Below are positions 47,939-56,429 of a stretch of 64,000 nt of DNA, piece after piece. The notes beneath the pieces are model-generated. The model saw nothing but the letters and a program-made list of their open reading frames with translations. It ran no database searches and was not told the DNA's origin. Source of the stretch: Nitrospinota bacterium (GTDB taxonomy: Bacteria; Nitrospinota; Nitrospinia; Nitrospinales; VA-1); assembly GCA_009873655.1 (NCBI GenBank), contig WAIB01000004.1, positions 10,939 to 74,938 of the forward strand, given 5' to 3'. The translations under genes were made by a program, and so were the position numbers. Position 1 is the stretch's first letter. The number at the start of each line of letters is the position of its first letter.

Positions 47939-48850
47939 ATGCAACGTTATCAATTTGAGGTAGACGAAGCATCGAGCAAAAAGCGTCTTGATATTTTTCT
48001 ATCTGAAAACCTTCCGGAGATAAGCCGCTCACGGCTTAAAAAGTTGATCGATGAAAAACGGGTGACCGTCAACGAAAAATCCCGCACGGCGGGGTATAAA
48101 GTGCGGGCTAAAGAAACAATTGAGTTTCAGATCCCGCCCCTTGAGCCATTAAATACCGAACCGGAAAGCCTGCCTTTAGATATTATTTTCGAAGACGAGC
48201 ATATGCTTGTAGTCAATAAACCCGCAGGAATGGTGGTACACCCTGCACCCGGCCATGCGAGAGGAACCCTCGTCAATGCCCTGCTTCATTACTGCAAGGA
48301 TTTATCAGGAATCGGCGGAGTGGAGCGACCGGGAATCGTGCATCGCCTGGATAAGGAAACATCCGGACTTGTTCTGGTCGCTAAAACAGAAGCGGCTCAT
48401 AAAGCTCTGGCAGCCCAATTCAAAAAACGCGAAATAAAAAAAGAATACTGTGCCCTTGTAAAAGGAAACGTAAAAAAAGAAAAAGGAACCATTGATTCTC
48501 CGGTGGGAAGGCACCAGACTCAACGTAAGAAAATGGACACCGGTCATGGGCGTCCCGCCTGCACCCATTTCGAAGTACTGCAAAGAGGAAAAAACTGGAC
48601 CTGCCTGAAACTTCAACCTGAAACCGGAAGAACCCACCAGATAAGAGTCCACCTGGCTTCCATCCACCATCCGGTCATTGGAGACAAACTGTATGGAGGG
48701 AAAAACCCCAATCCCGTCCATCTAAAAATGGAAAGACAGGCTCTCCATGCCCGCCAACTTGAATTGAACCACCCCGTTTCCGGAAAGTCTTTTTCATTTT
48801 CCGCCAAGCTTCCTTTGGATATGGAGAACTTCCTCCAGTCTCAAAAATAA
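47939..48850 (+). CDS. rluD: 23S rRNA pseudouridine synthase, RluA/RluD family
   Basis: It has an S4-like N-terminus (RLDIFLSE...SRSRLKKLI) and the catalytic HRLDKETSGLVLVAK with GRTHQIRVH. ATG 47939 is preceded by GGAGA; the ORF-track TTG start is at 47903. Confidence 0.85.
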   Translation: MQRYQFEVDEASSKKRLDIFLSENLPEISRSRLKKLIDEKRVTVNEKSRTAGYKVRAKETIEFQIPPLEPLNTEPESLPLDIIFEDEHMLVVNKPAGMVVHPAPGHARGTLVNALLHYCKDLSGIGGVERPGIVHRLDKETSGLVLVAKTEAAHKALAAQFKKREIKKEYCALVKGNVKKEKGTIDSPVGRHQTQRKKMDTGHGRPACTHFEVLQRGKNWTCLKLQPETGRTHQIRVHLASIHHPVIGDKLYGGKNPNPVHLKMERQALHARQLELNHPVSGKSFSFSAKLPLDMENFLQSQK

Positions 48851-49220
48851 AATGAAAAAATGAGTTTGAAAAGGCTTCAATACCTGGAATGGTTCTCCAG
48901 CGATTTAAATAAATAACAAATTAACAAACTTTAATGCCGTTTCAGCTTGTGAAAAACTTGTTAGAAAATTGGACCATATACAATTACATTAACCTTTGAA
49001 ATTTGGAAGGGTTAAAAAGCCCTCTTCCAAAAAAAATATAAGCTGTTTATTTTCAATGGGTTCATTAAACCATTTTCTAATAAGCGTTTTTTATTGAAAC
49101 TCTATGTATAGGATAAACGTTATTCACATTTTATTTAAAGAGGACTCCCCGTGGAACAAGTTGAAAATTAAACCTGTAATTTGGGATCAAACTCTTGGCA
49201 CCGAAATGCCCCCTAGATTC

Positions 49221-49319
49221 AGGCTTCCTAAGTCCTTACATATTTTAAAATTGATAATTGGCCTTTTGAGTCCATGAATAAGGCTTCCAAGTCTTATCAA
49301 AATTTTGACGCAGGCTTCC
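49221..49319 (+). repeat. Iteron-like direct repeats AGGCTTCC (49221, 49281, 49312; variant AGGCTTCA at 48872)
   Basis: There are three exact 8-mers within 99 bp. The first two extend to AGGCTTCC(T)AAGTC(C)TTA. A 16-nt repeat AAAATGAGTTT[G/C]AAAA lies at 48857 and 49339. Confidence 0.5.
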
Positions 49320-49498
49320 TCCCTTCAGTTTAAAAAGGAAAATGAGTTTCAAAATTTTAATCCTGTCAATCCTCACTTTTGTTAACGATTTCAGAACGGG
49401 TAATCCGCACGGGCCTTAAATCTAAGTCTGCAGAGAACCATGTATTCGGATTTCCTTACGGGTTAAGGTTTTCAGGGGGGGTGTCTCACAACTATTTT

Positions 49499-49532
49499 TT
49501 TTCCACAATATTTGTTAACAACTTGTGGAAAA
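49499..49532. promoter_or_regulatory. Composite palindrome: TTTTCCACA - 16 nt (containing TTGTTAACAA) - TGTGGAAAA
   Basis: Read directly from the sequence. Both arms are exact DnaA-box-like 9-mers in inverted orientation. Confidence 0.4.
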
Positions 49533-49781
49533 CTATGGGTGAAAGCCGAACAAAGGTGATAAATAAGGACGATTGGGTTTGCCGATTAGAAATTATGCAA
49601 AATAAAACACCCTTGATTTTTAAAGTTTTAAATCGCTTAATCCTTGTGCTTTTATAAATTATTTAAAACATCTTAAAAGCTGTAAAATTTAAATTAAGGA
49701 TCCATTTTTAATTATGTAAAAAGTAAGCCAAAAATAAGTTAAAAAAATTGCAATGTGGAATTTTCGGCAATGGGATAGGGC

Positions 49782-50297
49782 TTAAAGACAACATTTCTTG
49801 TATTTTTTTCCACTTCCGCAAGGACAAGGGTCGTTACGACCTACTTTGGCCTTGTCCCGAATAACGGTTTTGGGTTTTTCCATGGGTGATTGCGGGACAG
49901 GAGGCAGGGTGGAGTCTTTTCTGCTGTAAACCCAATGTCCGTTGATTTTATAAAACCGGGAAGATTCGCGCAGCGTTTGGCGGATTCCATCTTTGACATA
50001 ATGCGCGACAAAATCGACCCGCCCCTCATTATCTTCTCTACCTCCTTTATGGGTTCCTGTTATCTCCAGTTTTTTCCATTCGGCCCCTTGATCCACCAAA
50101 TCCGATTCGAGTCGGGCCATTTCTTTTTTCTCTTCAGGGTGGCTGGTTAATACCAAATACTCCCAGTTGTTTTCAGAAAATGCGGTGTAGCGGGAGCGCA
50201 TCAGGTCCTCGGCGGTATCCGCAAAGTGGGTACCACGGATTAAGGGACCGCAACAGTCCGTGTATGGGAAATTGGAACCACAGGGACAATCTTTCAT
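49782..50297 (-). CDS. ychJ: YchJ-like (UPF0225) protein with SEC-C motifs at both ends
   Basis: The N-terminus is [20 protein letters not shown] and the C-terminus is [17 protein letters not shown]. The central region is NTF2-like ([20 protein letters not shown]). The start is taken at ATG 50297; the ORF continues upstream into an unrelated remnant. Confidence 0.65.
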   Translation of the reverse strand: MKDCPCGSNFPYTDCCGPLIRGTHFADTAEDLMRSRYTAFSENNWEYLVLTSHPEEKKEMARLESDLVDQGAEWKKLEITGTHKGGREDNEGRVDFVAHYVKDGIRQTLRESSRFYKINGHWVYSRKDSTLPPVPQSPMEKPKTVIRDKAKVGRNDPCPCGSGKKYKKCCL

Positions 50298-50594
50298 ATT
50301 ATTTTTTCCGGAAACGGCTTGTTTTCGCTTAAACAGGGCACTGAATTTTTCCTTTTCTATCAATGGCTCCGCACACAGGGCCAGATTTTGATCCACATGA
50401 TCCTCGGCCTTCATACCCACCAGGGCTGAGGCCAACCCGGGTGCACTGCGTGTGAACTGAAGTGCTCTTTGGGCGGAAAATTTAAATTGAAAACCCAATC
50501 GCTCTTTCCATTTTTCAGCAAGGGGGAAGGCCGCTACACGGAAACAGAATCGGCAATCCGCCCGTTGCTGAAAGAGCCTTAGAGGCCTCTTCTC
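50298..50594 (-). pseudogene. Remnant of the C-terminal ~65 residues of an aldo/keto reductase, in frame with ychJ
   Basis: The frame translates as ...[66 protein letters not shown]. This resembles AKR C-termini (compare E. coli Tas ...AQMALAFVRRQPFVASTLLGATTMDQLKTNIESL..., from memory). No room is left for the rest of an AKR. Confidence 0.45.
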
Positions 50595-50728
50595 TTAAAG
50601 GGAAAAGCCGGACGCTGGCCTTTGCGCTCTGCCAGGCGGGCATCTTGTTTTTTTTGATCCTCTATTTTTTCTTCATCCCTTTTCCCGGGACCTTCATCCG
50701 ATTTTGGCTTTTGATCCTTGTCTTCCAT
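50579..50728 (-). CDS. Possible small (49 aa) highly charged protein
   Basis: The ATG is preceded by AGGAGG with 6-nt spacing. The product is [49 protein letters not shown]. There is no homology evidence. Confidence 0.3.
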   Translation of the reverse strand: MEDKDQKPKSDEGPGKRDEEKIEDQKKQDARLAERKGQRPAFPFKRRGL

Positions 50729-50846
50729 ATACTACCTCCTGACTGCACCATAGCCCAAAAACCGGGCAATCTCAACGTTTGCTCAATCCGCCGGACAGCA
50801 TAAAACAACAGATTATTTATCAAATACTTGTGGTAAAATCGGAACT

Positions 50847-51947
50847 ATGATTGATCGTCGTATCGTTTCCAATTTCAATTGGTTGTATTTCTTCTCCATA
50901 CTCACCGTATCTGTGATCGGGGTTATCACCATTTACAGTGCCAACCACGCGCGTCCGGAAGAGTTTTTTCGCGGGCTGTACATCAAACAAATTTATTGGA
51001 TTGCCTACGGACTCATTGCCATGCTGGTGGCCCTAGCGATTGATTATCGCTGGTTCAGCCGCTACGCTTATCTCATTTATGCGTTGACCATCCTGGGTTT
51101 GGGATATGTTCTTATTAACGGGGTGGTTGCTTCGGGATCCAAGCGTTGGATTTACATTGGTTCCATCAGTATTCAGGTTTCAGAATTCGCGAAAATCGCA
51201 ATTGTGATTGCTCTCGCAAAGTATTTTGAAACGGGAAAGCTTACCGGACAATACACATTGCGTGACCTTGCCGTCCCTGCCTTACTCACGGCTGCATTAG
51301 GGGGTTTCATCGTCGTACAACCCGATCTGGGCACCACCATGATGATCCTGTTTATCTTTCTGGCATTCATCGCCGCCATCGAGATCAACCGAATGACCCT
51401 GGCCAAATTGTTTGTCGGAGGCCTTGCCCTGGCCCCTGCACTATGGTTTTTCCTGAAAGACTATCAGAAAACCCGATTGCGCACTTTGTTTAACCCGGAA
51501 TTAGATCCTTTGGGCGCGGGTTATCACTCCATTCAGTCCAAAATAGCGATTGGGTCAGGCGGCTTTTGGGGCAAGGGATTATTTGCCGGAACCCAGAGCC
51601 GGCTGAACTTCCTTCCTGAAAAACATACTGATTTTATTTTTTCCGTTTTCGCCGAGGAAACAGGGTTTATTGGTGTGATCCTTCTTATTTCATTGTTCAC
51701 GTATATTATCCTGAAGGGATTGAACATTGCGTTTCGGGCGGCGGACCGGTTCGGATTTTTTCTTTCCCTGGGCCTTATTATTTCGATTTCGTTTTATATG
51801 ATTTTCAATATCGGGATGACGGTGGGGATCTTTCCAATAACCGGTATCCCTTTGCCTTTTGTTAGTTACGGGGGTTCTTCACTCATTACCAATTTTTTTG
51901 CCATAGGCTTGCTGTTAAATGTAGAAATGCGCCGCACTCTCCATTAA
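50847..51947 (+). CDS. rodA: SEDS-family peptidoglycan glycosyltransferase (RodA-like)
   Basis: It has about 10 TM segments. Motifs are QPDLGT, DPLGAGYHSIQSKIAIGSGGFWGKG, LPEKHTDFIFSVFAEE and PLPFVSYGGSS. Confidence 0.8.
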   Translation: MIDRRIVSNFNWLYFFSILTVSVIGVITIYSANHARPEEFFRGLYIKQIYWIAYGLIAMLVALAIDYRWFSRYAYLIYALTILGLGYVLINGVVASGSKRWIYIGSISIQVSEFAKIAIVIALAKYFETGKLTGQYTLRDLAVPALLTAALGGFIVVQPDLGTTMMILFIFLAFIAAIEINRMTLAKLFVGGLALAPALWFFLKDYQKTRLRTLFNPELDPLGAGYHSIQSKIAIGSGGFWGKGLFAGTQSRLNFLPEKHTDFIFSVFAEETGFIGVILLISLFTYIILKGLNIAFRAADRFGFFLSLGLIISISFYMIFNIGMTVGIFPITGIPLPFVSYGGSSLITNFFAIGLLLNVEMRRTLH

Positions 51948-51963
51948 AGGTTCCTATGCTACT

Positions 51964-51993
51964 TTAACGATACGTGGAGATACGTGCTATAAT
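51964..51993 (+). promoter_or_regulatory. Putative extended -10 promoter for rng with tandem GATACGTG repeats in the spacer
   Basis: TTAACG (51964-51969) is followed by an 18 nt spacer and TGcTATAAT (51985-51993). GATACGTG lies at 51969-51976 and 51979-51986, a 10-bp period. Confidence 0.35.
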
Positions 51994-52022
51994 TTAACCA
52001 TCTCCATTACCGGGAAAAGTTT

Positions 52023-53549
52023 ATGTCTTCTGAAATATTTATCAATTCAAACCAGCGGGAAATTCGGGTTGCCCTGATGGAAAACAGCCTGCTTGTGGAA
52101 TTGTTTATCGAACACAATGCCCAGAAAGGAATTGTCGGTAATATTTATAAGGGTAAAGTGACGAAGATTCTTCCGGGAATGCAGGTCGCTTTTGTAGATA
52201 TCGGTTTGGATAAAGCCGGCTTCCTCTATGTCGGGGACATTGATGTTACCGACATGCTTGACCTTGAAGACACCCCGGAACCGCCCCCTATTGCGGAGGA
52301 TGACAAGGACCATCCTTTTGAAGGGAAACCGGGACGCCCCAACCACGATGTAAAGATCCAGGACATCCTTCAGGAGGGACAGGAGATATTGGTGCAGATC
52401 GCCAAAAACCCCTTAGGAACCAAAGGGGCGCGCATCACCAATTACATCACCCTTCCCGGACGCCACCTGGTGTATATGCCCACGATAAACCACATCAGTG
52501 TTTCCCGAAGAATCGAAGATGAAAACGAAAAAGAGCGCTTAAAGCAACTCGTAAGCGAGGTGGGCAATGAAGGAGAAGGGTACATCGTCCGCACAGCAGG
52601 TCAGGACGCGGAAAGGTCTGATTTTGAAGCAGACGTTAATTTTCTTCATCGCCTTTGGGAGAATCTGAAAAAGAAATCGGAAGAGGTCAGTGCCCCCCAC
52701 CTGGTTTATGAAGACCTGAACCTTATATTCCGATCCATTCGCGATTTATTCACCAAGGACACCGAAAGGCTGGTCATTGACTCAAAATCCGATTTTGAAA
52801 AATGCCTGGAGTTTTGTTCCAGTTACCTGCCGCATTTATCTGACAAAATTGAATTGTATAAAGACCCCATGCCCATTTTTGACCATTACGGTGTCGAGCT
52901 GGATATCAACCGCGCTTTGGGCCGCACCATCTGGTTGAAATCCGGGGGTTGTATCATCATTGATCAAACCGAGGCCCTGGTCGCAATTGATGTCAATACG
53001 GGTAAATTTGTGGGCCATAGCGATCCTGAAGAAACCATTCTCAAAACCAACCTCGAAGCTTTAAAGGAGGTCGTCTATCAACTTCGCCTGAGAAACATCG
53101 GCGGTATCATCATTGTGGATTTCATAGACATGGTCAACGAGGAAAGCAAAGAGATTGTATCCAACGCCTTGAAACAAGCCTTAAAAAGTGACCGGTCGCG
53201 TACCCGTATTCTGAAAATATCCGAGTTGGGGCTGGTAGAAATGACACGCAAACGAGTTCGTGAAAGCCTGGTTCAGACTTTATGCGACCCCTGCGATTAC
53301 TGCGAAGGGAAGGGATACATTAAAAGCCCCTCAACCGTCTGCAATGAAATTATCCGGGAAATACAAAGGCAGGGCACTGACAATATCACCAATAAAAACC
53401 TCGATATAAAAGTACATCCCATCATTTACGACATGCTTTTTGAAGAAGACAGCGGACTTCTTGAGGAAATGGAAAAACAAAACAATCTTGAGATCAATTT
53501 TACCGTCAATCCAAAACTCCATCGTGAAAAATACTATATTGAATCCTGA
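52023..53549 (+). CDS. rng: Ribonuclease G/E family protein (Rng/CafA-like)
   Basis: It has an S1 domain (GNIYKGKVTKILPGMQVAFVDIG) and the catalytic core (ALVAIDVNTGKF, GGIIIVDFIDM). The Zn-link is CxxC (CDPCDYCEGKG). Confidence 0.85.
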   Translation: MSSEIFINSNQREIRVALMENSLLVELFIEHNAQKGIVGNIYKGKVTKILPGMQVAFVDIGLDKAGFLYVGDIDVTDMLDLEDTPEPPPIAEDDKDHPFEGKPGRPNHDVKIQDILQEGQEILVQIAKNPLGTKGARITNYITLPGRHLVYMPTINHISVSRRIEDENEKERLKQLVSEVGNEGEGYIVRTAGQDAERSDFEADVNFLHRLWENLKKKSEEVSAPHLVYEDLNLIFRSIRDLFTKDTERLVIDSKSDFEKCLEFCSSYLPHLSDKIELYKDPMPIFDHYGVELDINRALGRTIWLKSGGCIIIDQTEALVAIDVNTGKFVGHSDPEETILKTNLEALKEVVYQLRLRNIGGIIIVDFIDMVNEESKEIVSNALKQALKSDRSRTRILKISELGLVEMTRKRVRESLVQTLCDPCDYCEGKGYIKSPSTVCNEIIREIQRQGTDNITNKNLDIKVHPIIYDMLFEEDSGLLEEMEKQNNLEINFTVNPKLHREKYYIES

Positions 53550-53887
53550 TGAGAAACTATCAGTCCCTTAAACCCAGCTTTTGTTTGAAAACCGGACTTG
53601 CCGCGGCATTCCTGATCCTGTTTTTTTCGGCTTGCGGGACCGTGGGGAAAGACTTCAACGAATCGCTTTATGCCAATATTGTAAAAGGGACCACCACCCA
53701 CAAAGAGATCCGTGCCATGTTCGGCCCTCCCTTCAAAAAAGGTATTCAAAACGGAGACCCGGTCTGGACTTACGAATATAATCACGTCAACGCTTTCGGG
53801 ACCGATGTCATCAAGGATATGATTATCGTTTTCGATAAAAGCGGGGTCGTCAAATCCCACCAATTGATGACCAGCACCCCTGAGTAG
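53549..53887 (+). CDS. Small lipoprotein, BamE/SmpA-OmlA-like
   Basis: It has the lipobox LFFSAC. The size (~110 aa) and the GTTTHKEIRAMFGPP motif resemble BamE-type proteins. Confidence 0.55.
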   Translation: MRNYQSLKPSFCLKTGLAAAFLILFFSACGTVGKDFNESLYANIVKGTTTHKEIRAMFGPPFKKGIQNGDPVWTYEYNHVNAFGTDVIKDMIIVFDKSGVVKSHQLMTSTPE

Positions 53888-53902
53888 TTCCACCAAAATC
53901 TG

Positions 53903-55309
53903 ATGCCAGGCTTCAATGATTCACAGTCTCGCGTTCTGCATTTAACGTGGATCGCTTTTTTCCTGACGTTTGTGTCCTGGTTTAACATGGCTCCGTTCAA
54001 CACGACCCTCATGCATCAGTTAAAGCTGACGGCGGATCAAATCAATATTCTGATGATCTGCAACGTTGCCTTAACCATCCCTGCCCGAGTCATCATTGGA
54101 TCGCTGGCCGACCTGTATGGACCGCAAAAGGTTTTTACCGGATTGCTTCTTTTTTCAGGGTTGGCATGCATCGGCTTTTCCCTCGCACAAAGCTTTGAAG
54201 GCCTGTTAATAAACCGATTGTTTATGGGGATTGTCGGAGGCGGCTTCGTGGTTGGCATTAAAATGATTGGCGAGTGGTTTCCAAACAATAAAATGGGAAT
54301 GGCCCAGGGCATCTATGCAGGCTGGGGAAACTTTGGTGCCGCGGCCGCGGCCTTTTGCCTTCCTCTGATAGCCCTGCCCTTTGCAACGGATATTGGATGG
54401 AGAATCGCCACTGTCTTTTCAGGATTGCTTTGTTTGATCTGGGCTTTTATCTATTTTCGGTTTTGTCCGGACAATCCGGAAAGGAGTACCGATTTTAAAA
54501 TAGGTTTTCGTGATGCCATAGAGGTACAAACCAAAAAAGATTTAATTTTGCAATCGATCGTTTTATTTCCAATATACGGAGCTTTGATTCTTTTCGTTTG
54601 GAAACTTTCCGGCAACCCCTTTCAGTTGATTTCCTCCTTGATCTCCAAAATTTTGATCGCAGGAATTTTGATAATTTTTATAAGCAATATCCTTCAATGC
54701 TGGAAATTTAACTTACCGCGTCTTGCACGGCTTAAACCGGAAGAAAATAGTTATTCGTTCGGTCAGATAGCAATCTTGAGTCTGGTTTATTCACTTACCT
54801 TTGGCTGTGAGTTAGCCGTTATTTCCATATTTCCTCAATTTCTGGAAACCACTTTTTCAATTTCCGCAAGTTTGGCTGGAATGTTGGGAGCCAGTTACGC
54901 ATTTATGAATCTGGTCTCCCGACCCGGCGGGGGATGGATTTCAGATCAAGTTGGGCGCAGGAAAACGCTTTTTTTAATGGTACTGGGAGGGATGATATGT
55001 CACTGGTTCATGGGTGAAATCGAGTCAACGTGGTCCCTCATCTCAACCATCGCTCTTTCTGTGTTAGCATCCATTTTTTTACAGGCAGGCAATGGGGCCT
55101 GTTTCGCGGCGGTTCCCTTAATAAACAAAAACCTTACAGGAAAAATGGCGGGGCTGGCGGGGGCGTATGGGAGTGTGGGTGCGGTTTGCTTTCTTACTCT
55201 ATACAGTTTCGTATCCCCCCAGGTCTTTTTTAAAGTTATCGCGGCCTACGCTTTTCTGGTATTCTTGGCCCTGTTTTTTCTAAAACCCTTCCGGGTAACT
55301 TCACCTTAA
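53903..55309 (+). CDS. narK: MFS transporter, nitrate/nitrite porter (NarK/NNP) family
   Basis: It has 12 TM segments, the NNP-like N-terminus (RVLHLTWIAFFLTFVSWFNMAPF) and Gly-rich signatures (GIVGGGFVVG; GAGNFGAAAA-like AGWGNFGAAAAAF). Confidence 0.75.
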   Translation: MPGFNDSQSRVLHLTWIAFFLTFVSWFNMAPFNTTLMHQLKLTADQINILMICNVALTIPARVIIGSLADLYGPQKVFTGLLLFSGLACIGFSLAQSFEGLLINRLFMGIVGGGFVVGIKMIGEWFPNNKMGMAQGIYAGWGNFGAAAAAFCLPLIALPFATDIGWRIATVFSGLLCLIWAFIYFRFCPDNPERSTDFKIGFRDAIEVQTKKDLILQSIVLFPIYGALILFVWKLSGNPFQLISSLISKILIAGILIIFISNILQCWKFNLPRLARLKPEENSYSFGQIAILSLVYSLTFGCELAVISIFPQFLETTFSISASLAGMLGASYAFMNLVSRPGGGWISDQVGRRKTLFLMVLGGMICHWFMGEIESTWSLISTIALSVLASIFLQAGNGACFAAVPLINKNLTGKMAGLAGAYGSVGAVCFLTLYSFVSPQVFFKVIAAYAFLVFLALFFLKPFRVTSP

Positions 55310-55328
55310 TTTTGAGGAAAAAAGTTTT

Positions 55329-56426
55329 ATGGGATTCACCTGTGGCCTCGTCGGCCTTCCCAATGCGGGAAAATCAACTCTCTTCGGTGCTTTGACACGC
55401 ACCAAGGCCCAGTCTGGAAATTATGCTTTTACCACCATTGAGCCCAACAGCGGCATCGTACCGGTTCCGGACAAACGCCTGGACGAAATTACTTCGTACA
55501 TTCAAACCAAAAAAGTCGTTCCAACGACCATGGAGTTTGTCGATATTGCCGGCCTGATCAAAGGCGCGTCCAAGGGAGAAGGCCTGGGGAATCAGTTCCT
55601 CGGCCATATTCGCGAAGTCAACGCCATCGCCCATGTCGTGCGATGTTTTGAAGATGGAAACGTTCCTCATGTCAGTGACGCCATAGACCCCGCGTCTGAC
55701 ATTGATACCATCAATACCGAACTCATGATCGCGGATATGGAAAGCCTGGAGCGAAGAAAAACAAAAATCGAAAAACTCGCAAAATCGGGCGACAAAGAAG
55801 CCCGTGCGCAAATGGAGGTCATTAAAAAGCTGATTCAAAGTATCAACGATAATATTCCCGCCCGGGCGGTTACCGGGTTTTCCGAAGAAGATAAAAAGTT
55901 TTTAAAAAGCCTGACCCTGTTGAGTGCGAAACCCGTTGTTTATATCTGCAATGTGATGGACCCGGGAGATACAGAAAGCGGCCTGGTGCAGAAAGTGAAA
56001 GAAATTGCCAGACAAGATGGTTCCGCCGTGGTGGCACTTGCCGGAAAGATCGAGGGGGAAATCATGGAGATGGAAGACCCGGAGGAACAAAAGATGTTTA
56101 TGGAGGAGATGGGGCTTTCCGAAACCGGACTCGACCGCATGATCGCTACCGGATATGGCCTGTTGGAACTTTCCACCTTCTTCACCGCGGGAGAAAAAGA
56201 AACCCGGGCCTGGACGATTCCGAAAAACTGCAAAGCACCCCAGGCCGCCGGCGTGATCCATACAGATTTTGAAAAGGGTTTTATTCGTGCCGAAGTTTAT
56301 CGCCTCGAAGACCTGGAAAAATACAAGACCGAAGCGGGAATCAAAGAGGCGGGCAAACTACGGGTTGAAGGTAAAGACTACCTGGTTCAAGATGGCGACA
56401 TCATGCATTTTCGGTTCAACGTTTAA
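55329..56426 (+). CDS. ychF: Ribosome-binding ATPase YchF
   Basis: GLVGLPNAGKSTLF, the DIAGLIKGAS..GEGLGN..L motif and the TGS-like C-terminus (VQDGDIMHFRFNV) are present. Confidence 0.95.
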   Translation: MGFTCGLVGLPNAGKSTLFGALTRTKAQSGNYAFTTIEPNSGIVPVPDKRLDEITSYIQTKKVVPTTMEFVDIAGLIKGASKGEGLGNQFLGHIREVNAIAHVVRCFEDGNVPHVSDAIDPASDIDTINTELMIADMESLERRKTKIEKLAKSGDKEARAQMEVIKKLIQSINDNIPARAVTGFSEEDKKFLKSLTLLSAKPVVYICNVMDPGDTESGLVQKVKEIARQDGSAVVALAGKIEGEIMEMEDPEEQKMFMEEMGLSETGLDRMIATGYGLLELSTFFTAGEKETRAWTIPKNCKAPQAAGVIHTDFEKGFIRAEVYRLEDLEKYKTEAGIKEAGKLRVEGKDYLVQDGDIMHFRFNV

Positions 56427-56429
56427 AAT

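Larger units (their letters stand above)
48851..49781. other. AT-rich 931-bp gene-free region; candidate replication origin (oriC) / DnaA-binding region
   Basis: Four matches to TTWTNCACA lie at 48948-48956(-), 49120-49128(+), 49499-49507(+) and 49524-49532(-). A very AT-rich tract lies at about 49640-49750. There is no convincing ORF, and flanking gene orientation appears to switch here. Confidence 0.35.

Noticed and set aside
49537-49547. A GGGTGAAAGCC string reminiscent of an RNase P RNA conserved segment. I also considered whether the gap hides rnpB, ssrA or ssrS.
   Set aside because: The other universally conserved RNase P blocks (for example GAGGAAAGTCC) are absent. There is no tRNA-like 3' end or tag ORF for tmRNA. 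The region is far too AT-rich for those structured RNAs.
49379-49657. A 92-aa TTG-initiated ORF inside the AT-rich gap.
   Set aside because: It has no SD, a non-ATG start and composition typical of translated AT-rich noncoding DNA. It spans the DnaA-box palindrome.
50829-50849. TGgTAAAAT (an extended -10-like element) ending 8 nt before the rodA ATG, suggesting a leaderless rodA mRNA.
   Set aside because: A single weak motif without a -35 element cannot be supported from sequence alone.
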